Shown here: positions 22,285 to 33,960 of the stretch, in pieces
How positions within the stretch are numbered: the first letter of the stretch is position 1
Layout: every line of letters begins with the position of its first letter
Assembly (NCBI GenBank): GCA_001600695.1
Contig: BCKQ01000003.1
Coordinates: forward strand, 1,206,940-1,270,939
Length of the DNA stretch: 64,000 nt
Source of the DNA: Ascoidea asiatica JCM 7603
Lineage: Eukaryota; Fungi; Ascomycota
Reading direction: 5' to 3'
Notes under the pieces: model-generated
The model's input: only the letters and a program-made list of their open reading frames with translations
Databases searched by the model: none
Told to the model about the DNA's origin: nothing
Program-made: the position numbers and the translations under genes

Positions 22285-24498
22285 ATGAATAGTTTTAATT
22301 TATTTAAGATTTTTAATTACTCTGAAATGATCAATAAAGCTAATAATCTTAAGGAAAATAACAGTTTTTTTCTGGATAATTTGAATCAAACACAAAATAT
22401 AAATAACATGAATATGAATTTAAACCTGAATGCTGCTGAAAATTTCGTCAATTCGAATAATTTATTGAATAATTCATTGAATAACTCTTTAGATTTAACT
22501 TCAACTTCAAATCCTTTAAATGCAAATCAAAATTCAGTGGCCTTAATATCCCCTCAAAATTTTCAGATCAAACAGCCCAATTTGTCCCTTCAAACTAATC
22601 AACAAAATACACCTGCAAATCAATACTTTTATTCACTGCCTTTAAATAATCAACTTAATCATTCCAATCTTAATTATAATAATGCTTTCATACAAAATTT
22701 ACCCTTAAACTCTTATTCAAAACCAGTCCATTTGCAAAACGTATTTGATTTTACAAATCCTCAATCTCAGTCCCAGTCTCAATCTCAATCTCAATTACAA
22801 CTAGAATCACAATTACAATTACAACCACAATCACAATCACATTCTCTATCTGAATTACAACCTCAAATTCTATCTCAGTCCCAATCCCAGTCTCAGTCTC
22901 AGTCTCAATCTCCAATCCATCAAAGTGAAAAAAACTCTACGTTAAATAGTCCTTTTATACCAAATTCAAATTCAAATTCAAATTCAAATTCAAACTCAAA
23001 CTCAAACTCAAATGTTGCCCTGACTCCTACAACAGATTGTAAGTCCAAGTCAATTGATTCAACTTCTGAAAATGGGACTACTTATATGAAAACCAACCAA
23101 TGTGTTGCATTAGCTGATGTTTATTTTCGAATCAGGACAGATAAACAAAATTTAACTAAACCAATTAAAGACATTGATTCATTAGTCTTTGATTCTTTAC
23201 CAGAAGAATTTGAAAAAAGAAATTTAGTATTTGATAGAACTTTACCTCAAATTAGAGAAAAATTAAATAGATTAAGAACCGAATTAAAAAAAAATAGTAA
23301 AATTCCTCCTTGGGCTTTGAAAATTAAAAGTGCTGAAGATAATGCTTATAATGATTTTCAATATAAAAGCTTTTCATTTGTTGATGCTAAGTTTCCTATG
23401 GATCTGAATAGTAATAGTAATAGTGATGGTAATAGTGATAGTAATACTACTATCAATAAAAATCAAGCTAATAGCTATAATGAAATAGATAATGACAATA
23501 TAAATAATGATGAAAACACTAGTGATACTAATGTTAATAATGACAACGATAATTATATTGTTATGAATAATGATATAAGGAAAAGCTCAGTTAAGTTAGA
23601 GCTGGAAACTTTCTCTTCCTTAAAAAAAATTGATGAAGCTAAAAAACTTAAGAGGGACCGTACAAGGAATGATCAAATTGATAATAGCATTGTATCAACA
23701 AGTGAAACTGAAAATATTGAAGAAAGTGAAACTGAAATTAGGCCTTATAAAAAAAAAAAAAATAATAGTGATTATACTGATAATACAAATAATTCAAATA
23801 ATTCAAATAATTCAAATGATTCAAATTTGGAATTTGAGATTGAAAATTTAACTACAATTATTGAAAAAAAAAAAGAAGAGATTGAACATTTTAGAAAAGA
23901 AGCTGAAACAATGAAGAGGAATTTTCAGGAAGAAAAATTAATTTTGAAGAATGAATTATTTAGTGTTAGAAGTCAACTTTTATATACCCAAAGTGAATTA
24001 ATTGATGCAAAAAATAATAGAAATGAAGAAATTTTAGATATCAAAGCGAAGTTATTGGATAGTAAGTCTGAAATAATAAGTTGTAAAACTCAACTATTAG
24101 AAGCACAAAAGGAAGTGATGAACGCTCAAAAGGAAGTAATGGATTCTAAAAAAGAAGTAATGGATTCTAAGAAAGAAGTAATGGACTCTAAGAAAGAAGC
24201 AATGAATTTTCAAAAGGAAGTAATGGACTCTAAGAAAGAAGTAATGGACTCTAAGAAAGAAGTAATGGATTCTAAGATGAAAGTAATGGATAATTTATTA
24301 ATTACGCAAAAGGAAGTAATGGACTCTAAGAAAGAAGTGATAACCTCTACAAGCAATACATTAATTGCACAAAAGGAGGTGATGGATTCTAAGAAAGAAA
24401 GTTTAGAATCAAAAAACAATGGAAAGCAACAAATGATGGCTATGAGAATGCACTTATTAGATTTTAATAAAAAACAGGTTAAATCTTATAGAAGATAA
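22285..24498 (+). CDS. Orphan protein with N/Q/S-rich N-terminus, Myb/SANT(trihelix)-like domain and C-terminal heptad-repeat coiled coil
   Basis: 737-aa ORF; RTLPQIREKLNRLRTELKK resembles helix 3 of Myb/SANT-like domains; KKKK NLS-like motif; KEVMDSK repeats. Confidence 0.6.
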   Translation: MNSFNLFKIFNYSEMINKANNLKENNSFFLDNLNQTQNINNMNMNLNLNAAENFVNSNNLLNNSLNNSLDLTSTSNPLNANQNSVALISPQNFQIKQPNLSLQTNQQNTPANQYFYSLPLNNQLNHSNLNYNNAFIQNLPLNSYSKPVHLQNVFDFTNPQSQSQSQSQSQLQLESQLQLQPQSQSHSLSELQPQILSQSQSQSQSQSQSPIHQSEKNSTLNSPFIPNSNSNSNSNSNSNSNSNVALTPTTDCKSKSIDSTSENGTTYMKTNQCVALADVYFRIRTDKQNLTKPIKDIDSLVFDSLPEEFEKRNLVFDRTLPQIREKLNRLRTELKKNSKIPPWALKIKSAEDNAYNDFQYKSFSFVDAKFPMDLNSNSNSDGNSDSNTTINKNQANSYNEIDNDNINNDENTSDTNVNNDNDNYIVMNNDIRKSSVKLELETFSSLKKIDEAKKLKRDRTRNDQIDNSIVSTSETENIEESETEIRPYKKKKNNSDYTDNTNNSNNSNNSNDSNLEFEIENLTTIIEKKKEEIEHFRKEAETMKRNFQEEKLILKNELFSVRSQLLYTQSELIDAKNNRNEEILDIKAKLLDSKSEIISCKTQLLEAQKEVMNAQKEVMDSKKEVMDSKKEVMDSKKEAMNFQKEVMDSKKEVMDSKKEVMDSKMKVMDNLLITQKEVMDSKKEVITSTSNTLIAQKEVMDSKKESLESKNNGKQQMMAMRMHLLDFNKKQVKSYRR
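24107..24400 (+). repeat. 21-bp coding minisatellite (AAAGAAGTAATGGA[C/T]TCTAAG) encoding KEVMDSK heptads
   Basis: Roughly ten near-identical units visible in DNA and protein. Confidence 0.9.
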
Positions 24499-26098
24499 CT
24501 GTTAATTTCAGTGGTTACAGTCTTGTCATTCTCGAGATATACTCTACTTTTACAGTTTGAAGAATTATTTATTGCTTCGATTGATTATTTTTTTTTTTGG
24601 GCTGATTGTTTTAGAAAATGAGACATATTTATTTCATAGATCTATTTGAGTTAAATAGATAATAATATTTTGATATATCTTTTTAACTATTTCAAATCGA
24701 AAAAAAGGTAGTTCATTCTTTTTGACTGTTTACGGATGTAGCTTTTTATTTCATTTTCTTTTTGTTTAACTGGATGAATTACAAACTAAGAAAAAGCTAG
24801 ATTTCATTTTTTCCATGTAATCGAAATAGATGAAATTAAAGCAATAAAAAAATTCAATCAATAATTTCTTATGGTATTCGTTTCATATTAATTTCTGCAT
24901 CTCTAGTACGAAGAGGCCCAAAACCCAGGTAAAATCTTCCTGTTTTACACCATTTTTTTGAAGATGAAAGTTTCAATAGTTCGAATCAACAATTAGTTTA
25001 TTTAGATATTAAATGCACAAAAAAGCAATTGGGCTACTGGTTAAACGTGGTGAAAATTGTTGATCTCAAGTTTTATATTCAGTTTCTTTTTTTATTTTCA
25101 GACTTAAACTTGAAGTAGTGAATTTCAGCCAAGAGAAAAAAAAATTAGTAATATTCATGTTCCATAAAGGCAAGGATATGGATATGTTATTTCAGGGAAT
25201 TTAAGAAAAAAATAAAATCAACCTTGCTTCAGATGATATGCTTGTACATACTTTTAAGAAAAAATTAATACTTTTTTGGTACTCAACCAACATTCAGTTT
25301 AATTTCCAGTTCCGATAAGCAAAACTAAGATAAATTCACAAGATCTTAAGTTTTTTTCGAGTCTTACAAGCGATAAAAATGTCTGAATATTTTTCTTGGC
25401 TTTCAATAAAGGAAGATATTATCTTGAACCAATAAAATGACTTATTATTTTTCGGAAAATAATATTTCATAACACTAAAATAATATTATTTGGCTCAATA
25501 TATTTTTGATCCTCATTTTTGGTTCAAAGACTTGATTATGAGACATTTTGATGATTTTTGGTATTATTCTATTATTATCTCCCTTTATGAAGTTCTAGAT
25601 AATAATAGTTTTAAAAAATTTGTAACTGAAAATTGCGTGATACATGGAGTCTTAGAAATTTATAGAAATGAAATTGGATTTCAAAAATGATATTCAACCC
25701 TTGTAAATCATAACATTTATTTGTTTCAACCTAGGTTAAATTTAATAATATGATTCTCAAAAGAAGTAGAGAAGCAGTTTTTAAATAATTTAATTCTGTT
25801 GAATAATTTTCAATCAATTTTTATAATGATTTTATATTGATTATTTAAGGAGAATGAAAGAAAAAGAACTGAATGTAAATGAAATTAAAATTGATAAGTT
25901 ATATGACATTATATGAAAATCTAAGAAATTTGAAAGTAAATGAAAGTAAAAAAAAAAAAAAGAAGAAAAAACAGAAAATTATACTATTTGTTAGTTTATT
26001 GATTAGTTTATTAATTAAATTATTGATTGATTGATGGTTTGACATATGGATATATTAAATTACCGGTTGAATGGTTAATTAATTAGCGAGGTGAAATA

Positions 26099-26606
26099 TC
26101 ATGGAGAATAACCGAAATTCTTCAAAGTTGAGTTGGAAATATTCAAAGTGATTAATAAATTAGTATAAGTCAAATCATTACCAGTTAAATAATAATAACC
26201 TCTTTTAATTAAATAGAAAGTATAAGAAGGTAAAAATGTTAAACAACCATAAATCATTAAAGATACAAAAATAAGCATAAAAGTATCTAAATTAAATAAT
26301 AAAATGTCATAGTAATTAATAGTTAGTAAATACTGTTAGTGAAAAAAAAAACAAATCAAAATCTGAAATATAATTGAAAGTCAATTTTGCATTCGATTTG
26401 ACTTCAATTACATTTATATTACACATACGTAAAACAAATGCTTCACCAGTTGTCATTAAATAGAAAGGCAAATGAATATAATAACTCCAATATATTTTAT
26501 CTAAAAGCGATAATTGTTTCTCCTGTTCTTTAAATTCAAATCTATCTACATGATCCATTACTGGAACTTTTGATTTTGATCTTGAGTGAGATTTTGAATT
26601 AGCCAT
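26099..26606 (-). CDS. TSC3: Serine palmitoyltransferase small regulatory subunit; exons 26606-26429 and 26286-26099 (121 aa)
   Basis: YWSYYIHLPFYLM...FVLH matches Tsc3. Intron has GTATGT (26428), TACTAAC (26328-26322) and TAG (26287); the spliced frame continues HTFMLIFVSLMIYG...RGYYYLTG to TGA. Confidence 0.88.
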
Positions 26607-27406
26607 TATAAGTTAGTATGTTATTATTATAGAATATTGATACAATATATGCTTTCTTATGACAGGCGAAATAATGAATGTAATTAGATGAATATTTGAA
26701 TTAATGTAAATTCTGAGATATGATATATTCGATTGATTACTTTATGAAAAATAATAGGCGTGGTTAACATTTATTACTGATATTTTAGTTTTGGTGTTTT
26801 CCGTAAGGTTTGGAAAATGATCACGAAAGGACAGAAATTGAATCCATACAACTGGATTTATATAAAAGCACGAAGCTTTATGTTGAGGTACATTAATGTA
26901 AGTTCCATTTGTAAGTATCTACCAGTACTGGGGATCTTTATTCTTAAATGAAACCAGATAGGTGGATTTAAAAAAATAAAACCCTTTTTTTGGGATTTAC
27001 AAAACGTGACAGACACCAAAAAGTAGGGCCAGCAAGAAAACGGCAATTTTTAAGAGACGGGCCATTGAAAATATGGAAAAACAAGAACCAAAACAATGCG
27101 TAAACAAACAAAAAATATCAAAACAAATCAAAACACAAAAAAAACAACAACAAAAAAAAGCAAAACAAAGATTTTTGTGGTGGAAGAATTGATTTGGATA
27201 AGTCGCAGTTGAACCAAGAGCAACAACAACAACAACACTGGCATCAGCATCAGCAACATCGTTAACATCATCAACAACAGTAGTAACACCAGCACCATCA
27301 TTAGCACCATAATCAGCACTATCACCAAAAGTATCTGCTTCAGGTACAGTTTTTACCAATTACTATTCATTTTGGGCTAAATGAATATTTTCAATTTTAT
27401 TAGGCC

Positions 27407-30400
27407 ATGTCAGATAATACTCCAAGTAACTTTGAGAACTCTTCACCAGAAATGAGTTTTAATCAAGAAAGACCGATTTTGGAAGATATTCCAGTTTCTT
27501 CTTCAAGTGATAGTAATGATTCTGATAATCAAATTAATAAAATCTCAATTGAAGATCATATTTTAGAACTACCAGATATTCCACAGAATAATATTGAAAA
27601 TAATAACAAAAATGAAATTGAGAATAATAATCAATTCTCAAATACAGATATAAATATAAAAATAAAATCAACAACTATAAATATAAACACAAATGAAAAA
27701 GAGATTCATCAGAATTATGATTCATATAATGAATTATCTGATAATATAGATCCTGAAAAAGATATTGAATCACAAGTTTATAACAAATTATCACAATTTA
27801 TATCTAACTCCAATGAACAACTCCAATCTGAAATTTCTAATAATCAATCTCATCCAAATGGGATCATATCCAATATTAATTCTAATGAAAATAATACAAA
27901 TATTAACAATGATGAAAATAATAATAATAAGAACAATAATTCAGGTCACTCTGATTATATTCAATCTACTCAATTGCCAAATAATAACAACAATGATAAT
28001 AAAAATAATCTTTCTGATCCCGAGAATAGTAATATAATTGATATTGATTCTGAAGATGAATCTCAGGAAAATGATAATAATCATACTTCTAAAAGAGTAT
28101 TACGAAAACCAAAATCTCCTGAAGTTATTGATTTCTCTGATTCTGATGATTCTAATTCAATTGCAGATATGGATTCTGATGAAATTATAGATATAAATGA
28201 TAGTGATAATTCAAATACAAATAATATTACTAATAATAAAAATAAGAATGATATTGAAAATTCAAATTCAAATTCATCTTTTTTAAGAAAAAGTCCGAGA
28301 AATAAAGTAAATTTAAATTCAAGTAATCATTATTTAAGAAATAATCCAAATTATAATCCAAATAGAACCAATTTAAGGCAAAGCACAAGATTAAGTGAAA
28401 AATTTAAAAAACATGAAGAAAAATTAAAAAATGAAATTGAGAATAAAAATGAAGAAGAAAATTTAGTTGATGAAAATTTTGATTCTGATACATCCAATGA
28501 CTCTTTTTATTCTCATCCTATAGTGAACAATAATGTATCAAATAATAATCATAATCAGAATACAAATCAGAATACTAATCAGAGCACTACTAATATTCAG
28601 AGTAATAATAATAATATTCAAAATCAAAACAATGAAATAGAAATCGATGAATCAGAAGATGATGATGTAGATACTATTGAAAGAAATGTAAAAGCAATAA
28701 TAGCGTCTTCCAGAATCGATAATAATGATAATAATTCAAATACTAATGAGAAGGATTCTTTAATAAAAATTAAACGTGAATTTACTCAGAATGAAGTATC
28801 ACTAACCAAAAAGAAATCAGTAAATCAAAATGGAAATCAATCCCAACCTGAATCTAAAATTGATTATCAAAATAATATTAATAATAATAACAGCAACAAG
28901 AACACTTTAACTAATATCAATAATAATGGAAAAGAAAATAATAACAAAGATGAAAATAAAGGAGATAATAATAACATTATGTCAAATAATAAAATTAAGA
29001 AAAAAGAATCACCTATTAAAAATTATACTCCAGATCCTAATGAAGGTTATATTTATTCAAAAAGACTTAATAATTGTCCGTATTTCACTAAAAATAATAC
29101 AGTAATGACAACAGTTAATCCAATATATGGATTTAATAAATTAAAAAGTAATGATTTATTACCAAATTTATTCAATAATATATTTAGATTTGATTCAAAT
29201 ATTAAAGATTTATTAAGTCAAATTTATTTAAGTATTTTAGATCCAGATTATACAATAAATAATTTCAATAAAGAATCAGATATATATAAAATGCCAATAA
29301 AATTTAATAAAACAAATTGGGCACAATTTAAATATGGATATGCATGCTATTATTATTATGAATCAAATAATGAATTATTTGCAATTGATATTTCATCTGT
29401 TGAAGGTCATTCTAAAGAAGATTATGAATTTATGTTTTCAGAAATTTGTCCAGATATCAAAATATTCAATAATGAAGAACAAATAGAATTTGAAGAACTT
29501 TTAAGCAATTTAGAAAAGATCGATAAATTTTTTTATTTTCAAAAAGTTTTAAGTATAATTGATCATAATATTTTATTTTTTGCAAAAATGAAAGATGCAG
29601 AACTTTTATTAGAAAATTATTTTAATGAAAATCATAATATTAAATTTAATGGTGAAAAATTAAAATTTAAAACTGTTAAAAGAGTTGAAACAAGAGGATC
29701 AAGAGATTATTTTTCATTTGAAGGACAACAATATTATACAAGTACAAGAGCAATAAATTTTGAATTAGATAAATCAAATGAATTTAAAAATTATTTAAAA
29801 ACTCCATTATGTTTAAGAATGACACTTAGAAATAAAATATTACCACTAAATTATGAAGAAATGTATGGAGATACAACATATTTTAAAGAACATAATGAAA
29901 AAATAAATGGAATTTCTAATGCAGATCCAATGAGATTTCAATCTGAATTTAAAATTATAAAAGATGATTATAATAATGAAGAAAATATATTATGTAATTA
30001 TAATTTCAATCCGTCAATGGATATTTTAACAGTTGAAATTAAAGATGGTATGAAATTTAATTCATATGTTAAAGTTGAAGAAATTGAAAATGAAGAAGGA
30101 ATTAATATTATAATACCTCCAGAATACTTTGATAATGAGGATATTGGAAATCGAATTCGAAATAAAAATAGAAGTAAAAATTCAAATATAAATAAAAATA
30201 AAGGTAGAATAAAGACAAATGACAATGAAAATGAAAATGATTATGAAGATAATTATGATGAATTTAATTTAAATATAGCGAATAAATTATTGGGTAAAAA
30301 AAGAAAAACTAAATCCAAGAAAATTGATACAAGACCAGTGATAGAATATTTTCAACCTTTAAAGAAAAAGAAAAGGAAAAGAGTTGACTATTATAATGAA

Positions 30401-31090
30401 TTTAATGAACTTGATAATAATAGTAATAATAATGATAGCAGTTTTGATTTTTCAGATAGTGATGAAAAATATACTAGAAAAAGAAGTCGTGGTAGAGGAG
30501 CTAGAATGCAAAATGAAATACAGCGATTTAAATCCAGAAACAATGGAATTAATTCAAATACAAATATGAATTTTAATAATAGTGATAATGAAATTGGAAA
30601 TAGAAGTCGAAATAGAAATGGAATTGGAAATGAAGAATTTGATGAATCTAGAGTAATAGATATTGGAGACAGTTCAGATTCTGATTATTTTTCAGATCTT
30701 GAAGTTGAACAAATAATACCGGATAAAAAACAACAGACGATCGATGTTTCTGGAGATCTGGATAGTGATAGTGATTCTGAAGTTGAACAAACATTTTCTT
30801 TAGAAAAGACAAATAATCAAAATCTTGTTGAAGAACAAGAAAAAAAACCAGCTCAAGAAATAGAAGAAGGGAACCAAACTGAGAATCAGAATTTGGAACC
30901 AAGACCAAATGAACAATACAACAATATAGAAGAAACTCGAGAACAAGAGGAAAAACAGAGTGAAGAAGAACAAGAAGAACAAGAACCTGAACAAGTAGAA
31001 TATGGTAATGGTGGTGAAAATGATGATGAACTAGGATCGGATATTAATTTGGAAGAAGATTTTGAAATTCTTGGAGATTTACTAAGCTAA
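27407..31090 (+). CDS. Large uncharacterised, probably nuclear protein with low-complexity ends and a central globular domain
   Basis: 1227-aa ORF; N/D/E-rich termini; KKRK and KKKKRKR NLS-like motifs; ordered region at about aa 540-900. Confidence 0.7.
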   Translation: MSDNTPSNFENSSPEMSFNQERPILEDIPVSSSSDSNDSDNQINKISIEDHILELPDIPQNNIENNNKNEIENNNQFSNTDINIKIKSTTININTNEKEIHQNYDSYNELSDNIDPEKDIESQVYNKLSQFISNSNEQLQSEISNNQSHPNGIISNINSNENNTNINNDENNNNKNNNSGHSDYIQSTQLPNNNNNDNKNNLSDPENSNIIDIDSEDESQENDNNHTSKRVLRKPKSPEVIDFSDSDDSNSIADMDSDEIIDINDSDNSNTNNITNNKNKNDIENSNSNSSFLRKSPRNKVNLNSSNHYLRNNPNYNPNRTNLRQSTRLSEKFKKHEEKLKNEIENKNEEENLVDENFDSDTSNDSFYSHPIVNNNVSNNNHNQNTNQNTNQSTTNIQSNNNNIQNQNNEIEIDESEDDDVDTIERNVKAIIASSRIDNNDNNSNTNEKDSLIKIKREFTQNEVSLTKKKSVNQNGNQSQPESKIDYQNNINNNNSNKNTLTNINNNGKENNNKDENKGDNNNIMSNNKIKKKESPIKNYTPDPNEGYIYSKRLNNCPYFTKNNTVMTTVNPIYGFNKLKSNDLLPNLFNNIFRFDSNIKDLLSQIYLSILDPDYTINNFNKESDIYKMPIKFNKTNWAQFKYGYACYYYYESNNELFAIDISSVEGHSKEDYEFMFSEICPDIKIFNNEEQIEFEELLSNLEKIDKFFYFQKVLSIIDHNILFFAKMKDAELLLENYFNENHNIKFNGEKLKFKTVKRVETRGSRDYFSFEGQQYYTSTRAINFELDKSNEFKNYLKTPLCLRMTLRNKILPLNYEEMYGDTTYFKEHNEKINGISNADPMRFQSEFKIIKDDYNNEENILCNYNFNPSMDILTVEIKDGMKFNSYVKVEEIENEEGINIIIPPEYFDNEDIGNRIRNKNRSKNSNINKNKGRIKTNDNENENDYEDNYDEFNLNIANKLLGKKRKTKSKKIDTRPVIEYFQPLKKKKRKRVDYYNEFNELDNNSNNNDSSFDFSDSDEKYTRKRSRGRGARMQNEIQRFKSRNNGINSNTNMNFNNSDNEIGNRSRNRNGIGNEEFDESRVIDIGDSSDSDYFSDLEVEQIIPDKKQQTIDVSGDLDSDSDSEVEQTFSLEKTNNQNLVEEQEKKPAQEIEEGNQTENQNLEPRPNEQYNNIEETREQEEKQSEEEQEEQEPEQVEYGNGGENDDELGSDINLEEDFEILGDLLS

Positions 31091-31437
31091 TTTGAATAAA
31101 ATTTGCTAGATAATGTATTTAATCAATTGTATGTAAAAATAGTTAGAATTGTATTTTTGGACTAATGAAATAATAATTTTTTTTGCTTTTTGTTTGATGA
31201 ATAGATTTTTGTAAAACCGATATAGTAGTCTAGTAAAAAAGGTGTTTTCCTTATTAAAATCTATAATATCAACGATAACAATAATAACAATAATAATGAT
31301 AATCAATCGATTAACTCTCTTAAAATTATATTTATTACCAAAGTACTTTTAACTGGCCAATCAGAGCAAAGTACAATAACCTACTGCTAATGGTGATGAG
31401 CAAGCTCGGGTGTCGGGAATCAAAAGATTTCTTCCGT

Positions 31438-31509
31438 GGCCTGTTGGTCTAGAGGTATGATACCATCTTAGGGTGATGGTGGTCCCGGGTTCGATTCCCG
31501 GATAGGCCC
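31438..31509 (+). tRNA. tRNA-Pro (anticodon AGG), intronless, followed by a poly-T Pol III terminator
   Basis: Acceptor GGCCTGT/ATAGGCC, D arm GTC-TAGAGGTAT-GAT, anticodon arm CCATC-TTAGGGT-GATGG, T arm CCGGG-TTCGATT-CCCGG; 72 nt; T-run from 31510. Confidence 0.95.
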
Positions 31510-31743
31510 TTTTTTTTGCACTTTTTATATCGTGTGATTTTATTTTTATTTTATTGTTTAATTTTTCACTGTCAGACAGAAATAGATCGAAACAGATTGA
31601 ATTGAATTAGAAGAAATGAACGAAATAAAAAGAATAATTCAATCAGAATCCCAAGAAACTAGAAACCATCTTCTTTTTATTCATTCACTTGTCTGTTCAA
31701 TGTATATCCGATTGTATATTCACTTGTTTAGTTAATCTTAATA

Positions 31744-33960
31744 ATGCTCAGGTCTCCACTAAGAACAATATCATATCCCTTAAAGAAAAACATTAATCAG
31801 ATATGTTATTGTTCAACCAAATTTAAATCTAACTCTAAATTATTCAACTCTATTTATTATAATCAAAAATCATTCAATTCAACAATTTCATTTCCTTCAA
31901 AGGATTCTATTTACTCAAAGTTTCAATTTCCATCAGCAACTCATTCTATTCAATCAATTGATAAAAATTTAAGTAATTTAATTAATAATAATACTAAAGT
32001 TATAATTGATGGATGGATTGATCAAAAACCAAAAAAAATTTCAAAAAATTTATTATTTATAAATTTTAGAGATTTTAATGGTGATTTAACTCAATTAATT
32101 TATAATTCAAATGAAAATTTAACTGAAAATCAAAAAGATTTATTTGATTTAATCAAATCTTCTCAAGTTGAAGATTCAATATCTGTTTCAGGTTATATTC
32201 ATAAACGTCATATTCCTCAACAAGAAAAAGAGCAAAGTAGTAATAGTGATGACAAGTCATTATTATGGGATTTAAAAATAACTGATTTTCAAATTTTAAA
32301 TAATTCATCTTTAATAACTTCTCAATTAAATAATTTAAAAAAAACTCCAGATTTATATCCATCAAAATATCGTTATTTACAATTGAGATCAAATTATTTT
32401 CAAAAAAATATTAGAAAAAGATCAGAAATATCTCAAATTATTCGAAATTTCTTAATTAATGAAAAAAATTTTATAGAAATTGAAACTCCATTATTATTTA
32501 AATCAACTCCAGAAGGTGCAAGAGAATTTTTAATTCCAACAAGATTTAAAAATTCATTCTATGCTTTACCACAATCTCCTCAACAATATAAACAATTATT
32601 AATGGCAAGTGGTTTTAATAAATATTTTCAAATTGCAAAATGTTTTAGAGATGAAGATTTAAGAAGTGATAGACAGCCTGAATTCACTCAAATTGATTTA
32701 GAAATGAGTTTCTCAAATCATAATCATATTCAAAATTTAATTCAATCTTTAATTATCAAAATTTGGGATAAAGCTGTGAATTTATCACTTTATTCTCCAA
32801 TTATTACTTCCAGTAATAATAATAACGATCAATCAATTGGCAATCAATCAATTAATCATGATAGTTTAATAGAACTAGAAAGAGATAATTCTTCAATAAT
32901 TCCAAAATTAACTTATAATAATGCTTTAAATTATTATGGTATTGATAAACCAGATTTAAGATATAATATTAGTTTTATAAATCTAGCAGAACTTAATTAT
33001 ATAGAGAAAACTGAATCAAATGATTTTCCAATTTTTGAAATTTGTATATTGAAAAAAGATTCAGTCAATTTCAAATTAAATAAATCTTTATATGATAAAA
33101 AAAATTATAAATTAAGAAAACCAATAATTTTTGAAATTAAATCTGAAAAGGATATTGAAGATTTGATTGAAAATTTTGAAAAAACTAAAATTGTTAAATT
33201 TAAAGATTCAGAAAAATTAAATTTATTAAAGTTTTTAAATTTAAAAGTTGGTGATATTATTGCAGGTTCAACAAGAGCAGAATTAACTTATGAAAATCCA
33301 ACTCCGTTAGGTAGATTTCGTCAATTAGTTATTGAAAATCATCCTGATCTATTTAGAAAAAAATTAATAAAAAACAATGAAACTAATAATGAAATCAGTG
33401 AAATAAATCAACCTTTATTAAAAGATACTTTTGTTGCAACTTGGTTAGTTGATTTTCCATTGTTTTCTCCAACTGAAGAACAAGAACCATTAATAATTAA
33501 TAATAATAAATATCCAAATTATAATTTTGATAAATTAGAATCTACTCATCATCCTTTTACAATGGTCAATTTAGATGATTATGAAATGTTAGAAACTAAT
33601 CCTTTAAAAGTTAGAGGTGATCATTATGATATTGTAATTAATGGAATTGAAGTTGGTGGAGGTTCTAGAAGAGTTCATGATCCAATTTTACAAAATTTTA
33701 TATTTAAAAAAATTTTAAAAATTGATAATTCTGAAGAATTATTTGGACATTTATTACATGCTTTTAGTACTGGTTGTCCACCACATGCTGGTTTAGCATT
33801 AGGATTTGATAGAATGTGTGCAATGTTAATTGGTAGTAAAAGTATTAGAGACGTTATTGCCTTTCCAAAAAATATGAATGGTGCTGATGTTGTTGTCGGT
33901 AGTCCTTCAAACGTTCAAGATAAAGTCTTGAAAGAATATTTCATTAAAAAATTAGAATGA
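31744..33960 (+). CDS. MSD1: Mitochondrial aspartyl-tRNA synthetase
   Basis: Basic presequence, STPEGAREF, LPQSPQQYKQLLM, CFRDEDLRSDRQPEFTQIDLEM, PPHAGLALGFDR. Confidence 0.95.
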   Translation: MLRSPLRTISYPLKKNINQICYCSTKFKSNSKLFNSIYYNQKSFNSTISFPSKDSIYSKFQFPSATHSIQSIDKNLSNLINNNTKVIIDGWIDQKPKKISKNLLFINFRDFNGDLTQLIYNSNENLTENQKDLFDLIKSSQVEDSISVSGYIHKRHIPQQEKEQSSNSDDKSLLWDLKITDFQILNNSSLITSQLNNLKKTPDLYPSKYRYLQLRSNYFQKNIRKRSEISQIIRNFLINEKNFIEIETPLLFKSTPEGAREFLIPTRFKNSFYALPQSPQQYKQLLMASGFNKYFQIAKCFRDEDLRSDRQPEFTQIDLEMSFSNHNHIQNLIQSLIIKIWDKAVNLSLYSPIITSSNNNNDQSIGNQSINHDSLIELERDNSSIIPKLTYNNALNYYGIDKPDLRYNISFINLAELNYIEKTESNDFPIFEICILKKDSVNFKLNKSLYDKKNYKLRKPIIFEIKSEKDIEDLIENFEKTKIVKFKDSEKLNLLKFLNLKVGDIIAGSTRAELTYENPTPLGRFRQLVIENHPDLFRKKLIKNNETNNEISEINQPLLKDTFVATWLVDFPLFSPTEEQEPLIINNNKYPNYNFDKLESTHHPFTMVNLDDYEMLETNPLKVRGDHYDIVINGIEVGGGSRRVHDPILQNFIFKKILKIDNSEELFGHLLHAFSTGCPPHAGLALGFDRMCAMLIGSKSIRDVIAFPKNMNGADVVVGSPSNVQDKVLKEYFIKKLE

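Noticed and set aside
24107-24400. Regular repeat array as CRISPR
   Set aside because: No unique spacers; it is an in-frame coding minisatellite in a eukaryote
26997-27359. Minus-strand ORFs over CAA/CAG-like repeats and a 39-codon uORF upstream of 27407
   Set aside because: Low-complexity microsatellite-derived frames with no recognisable product
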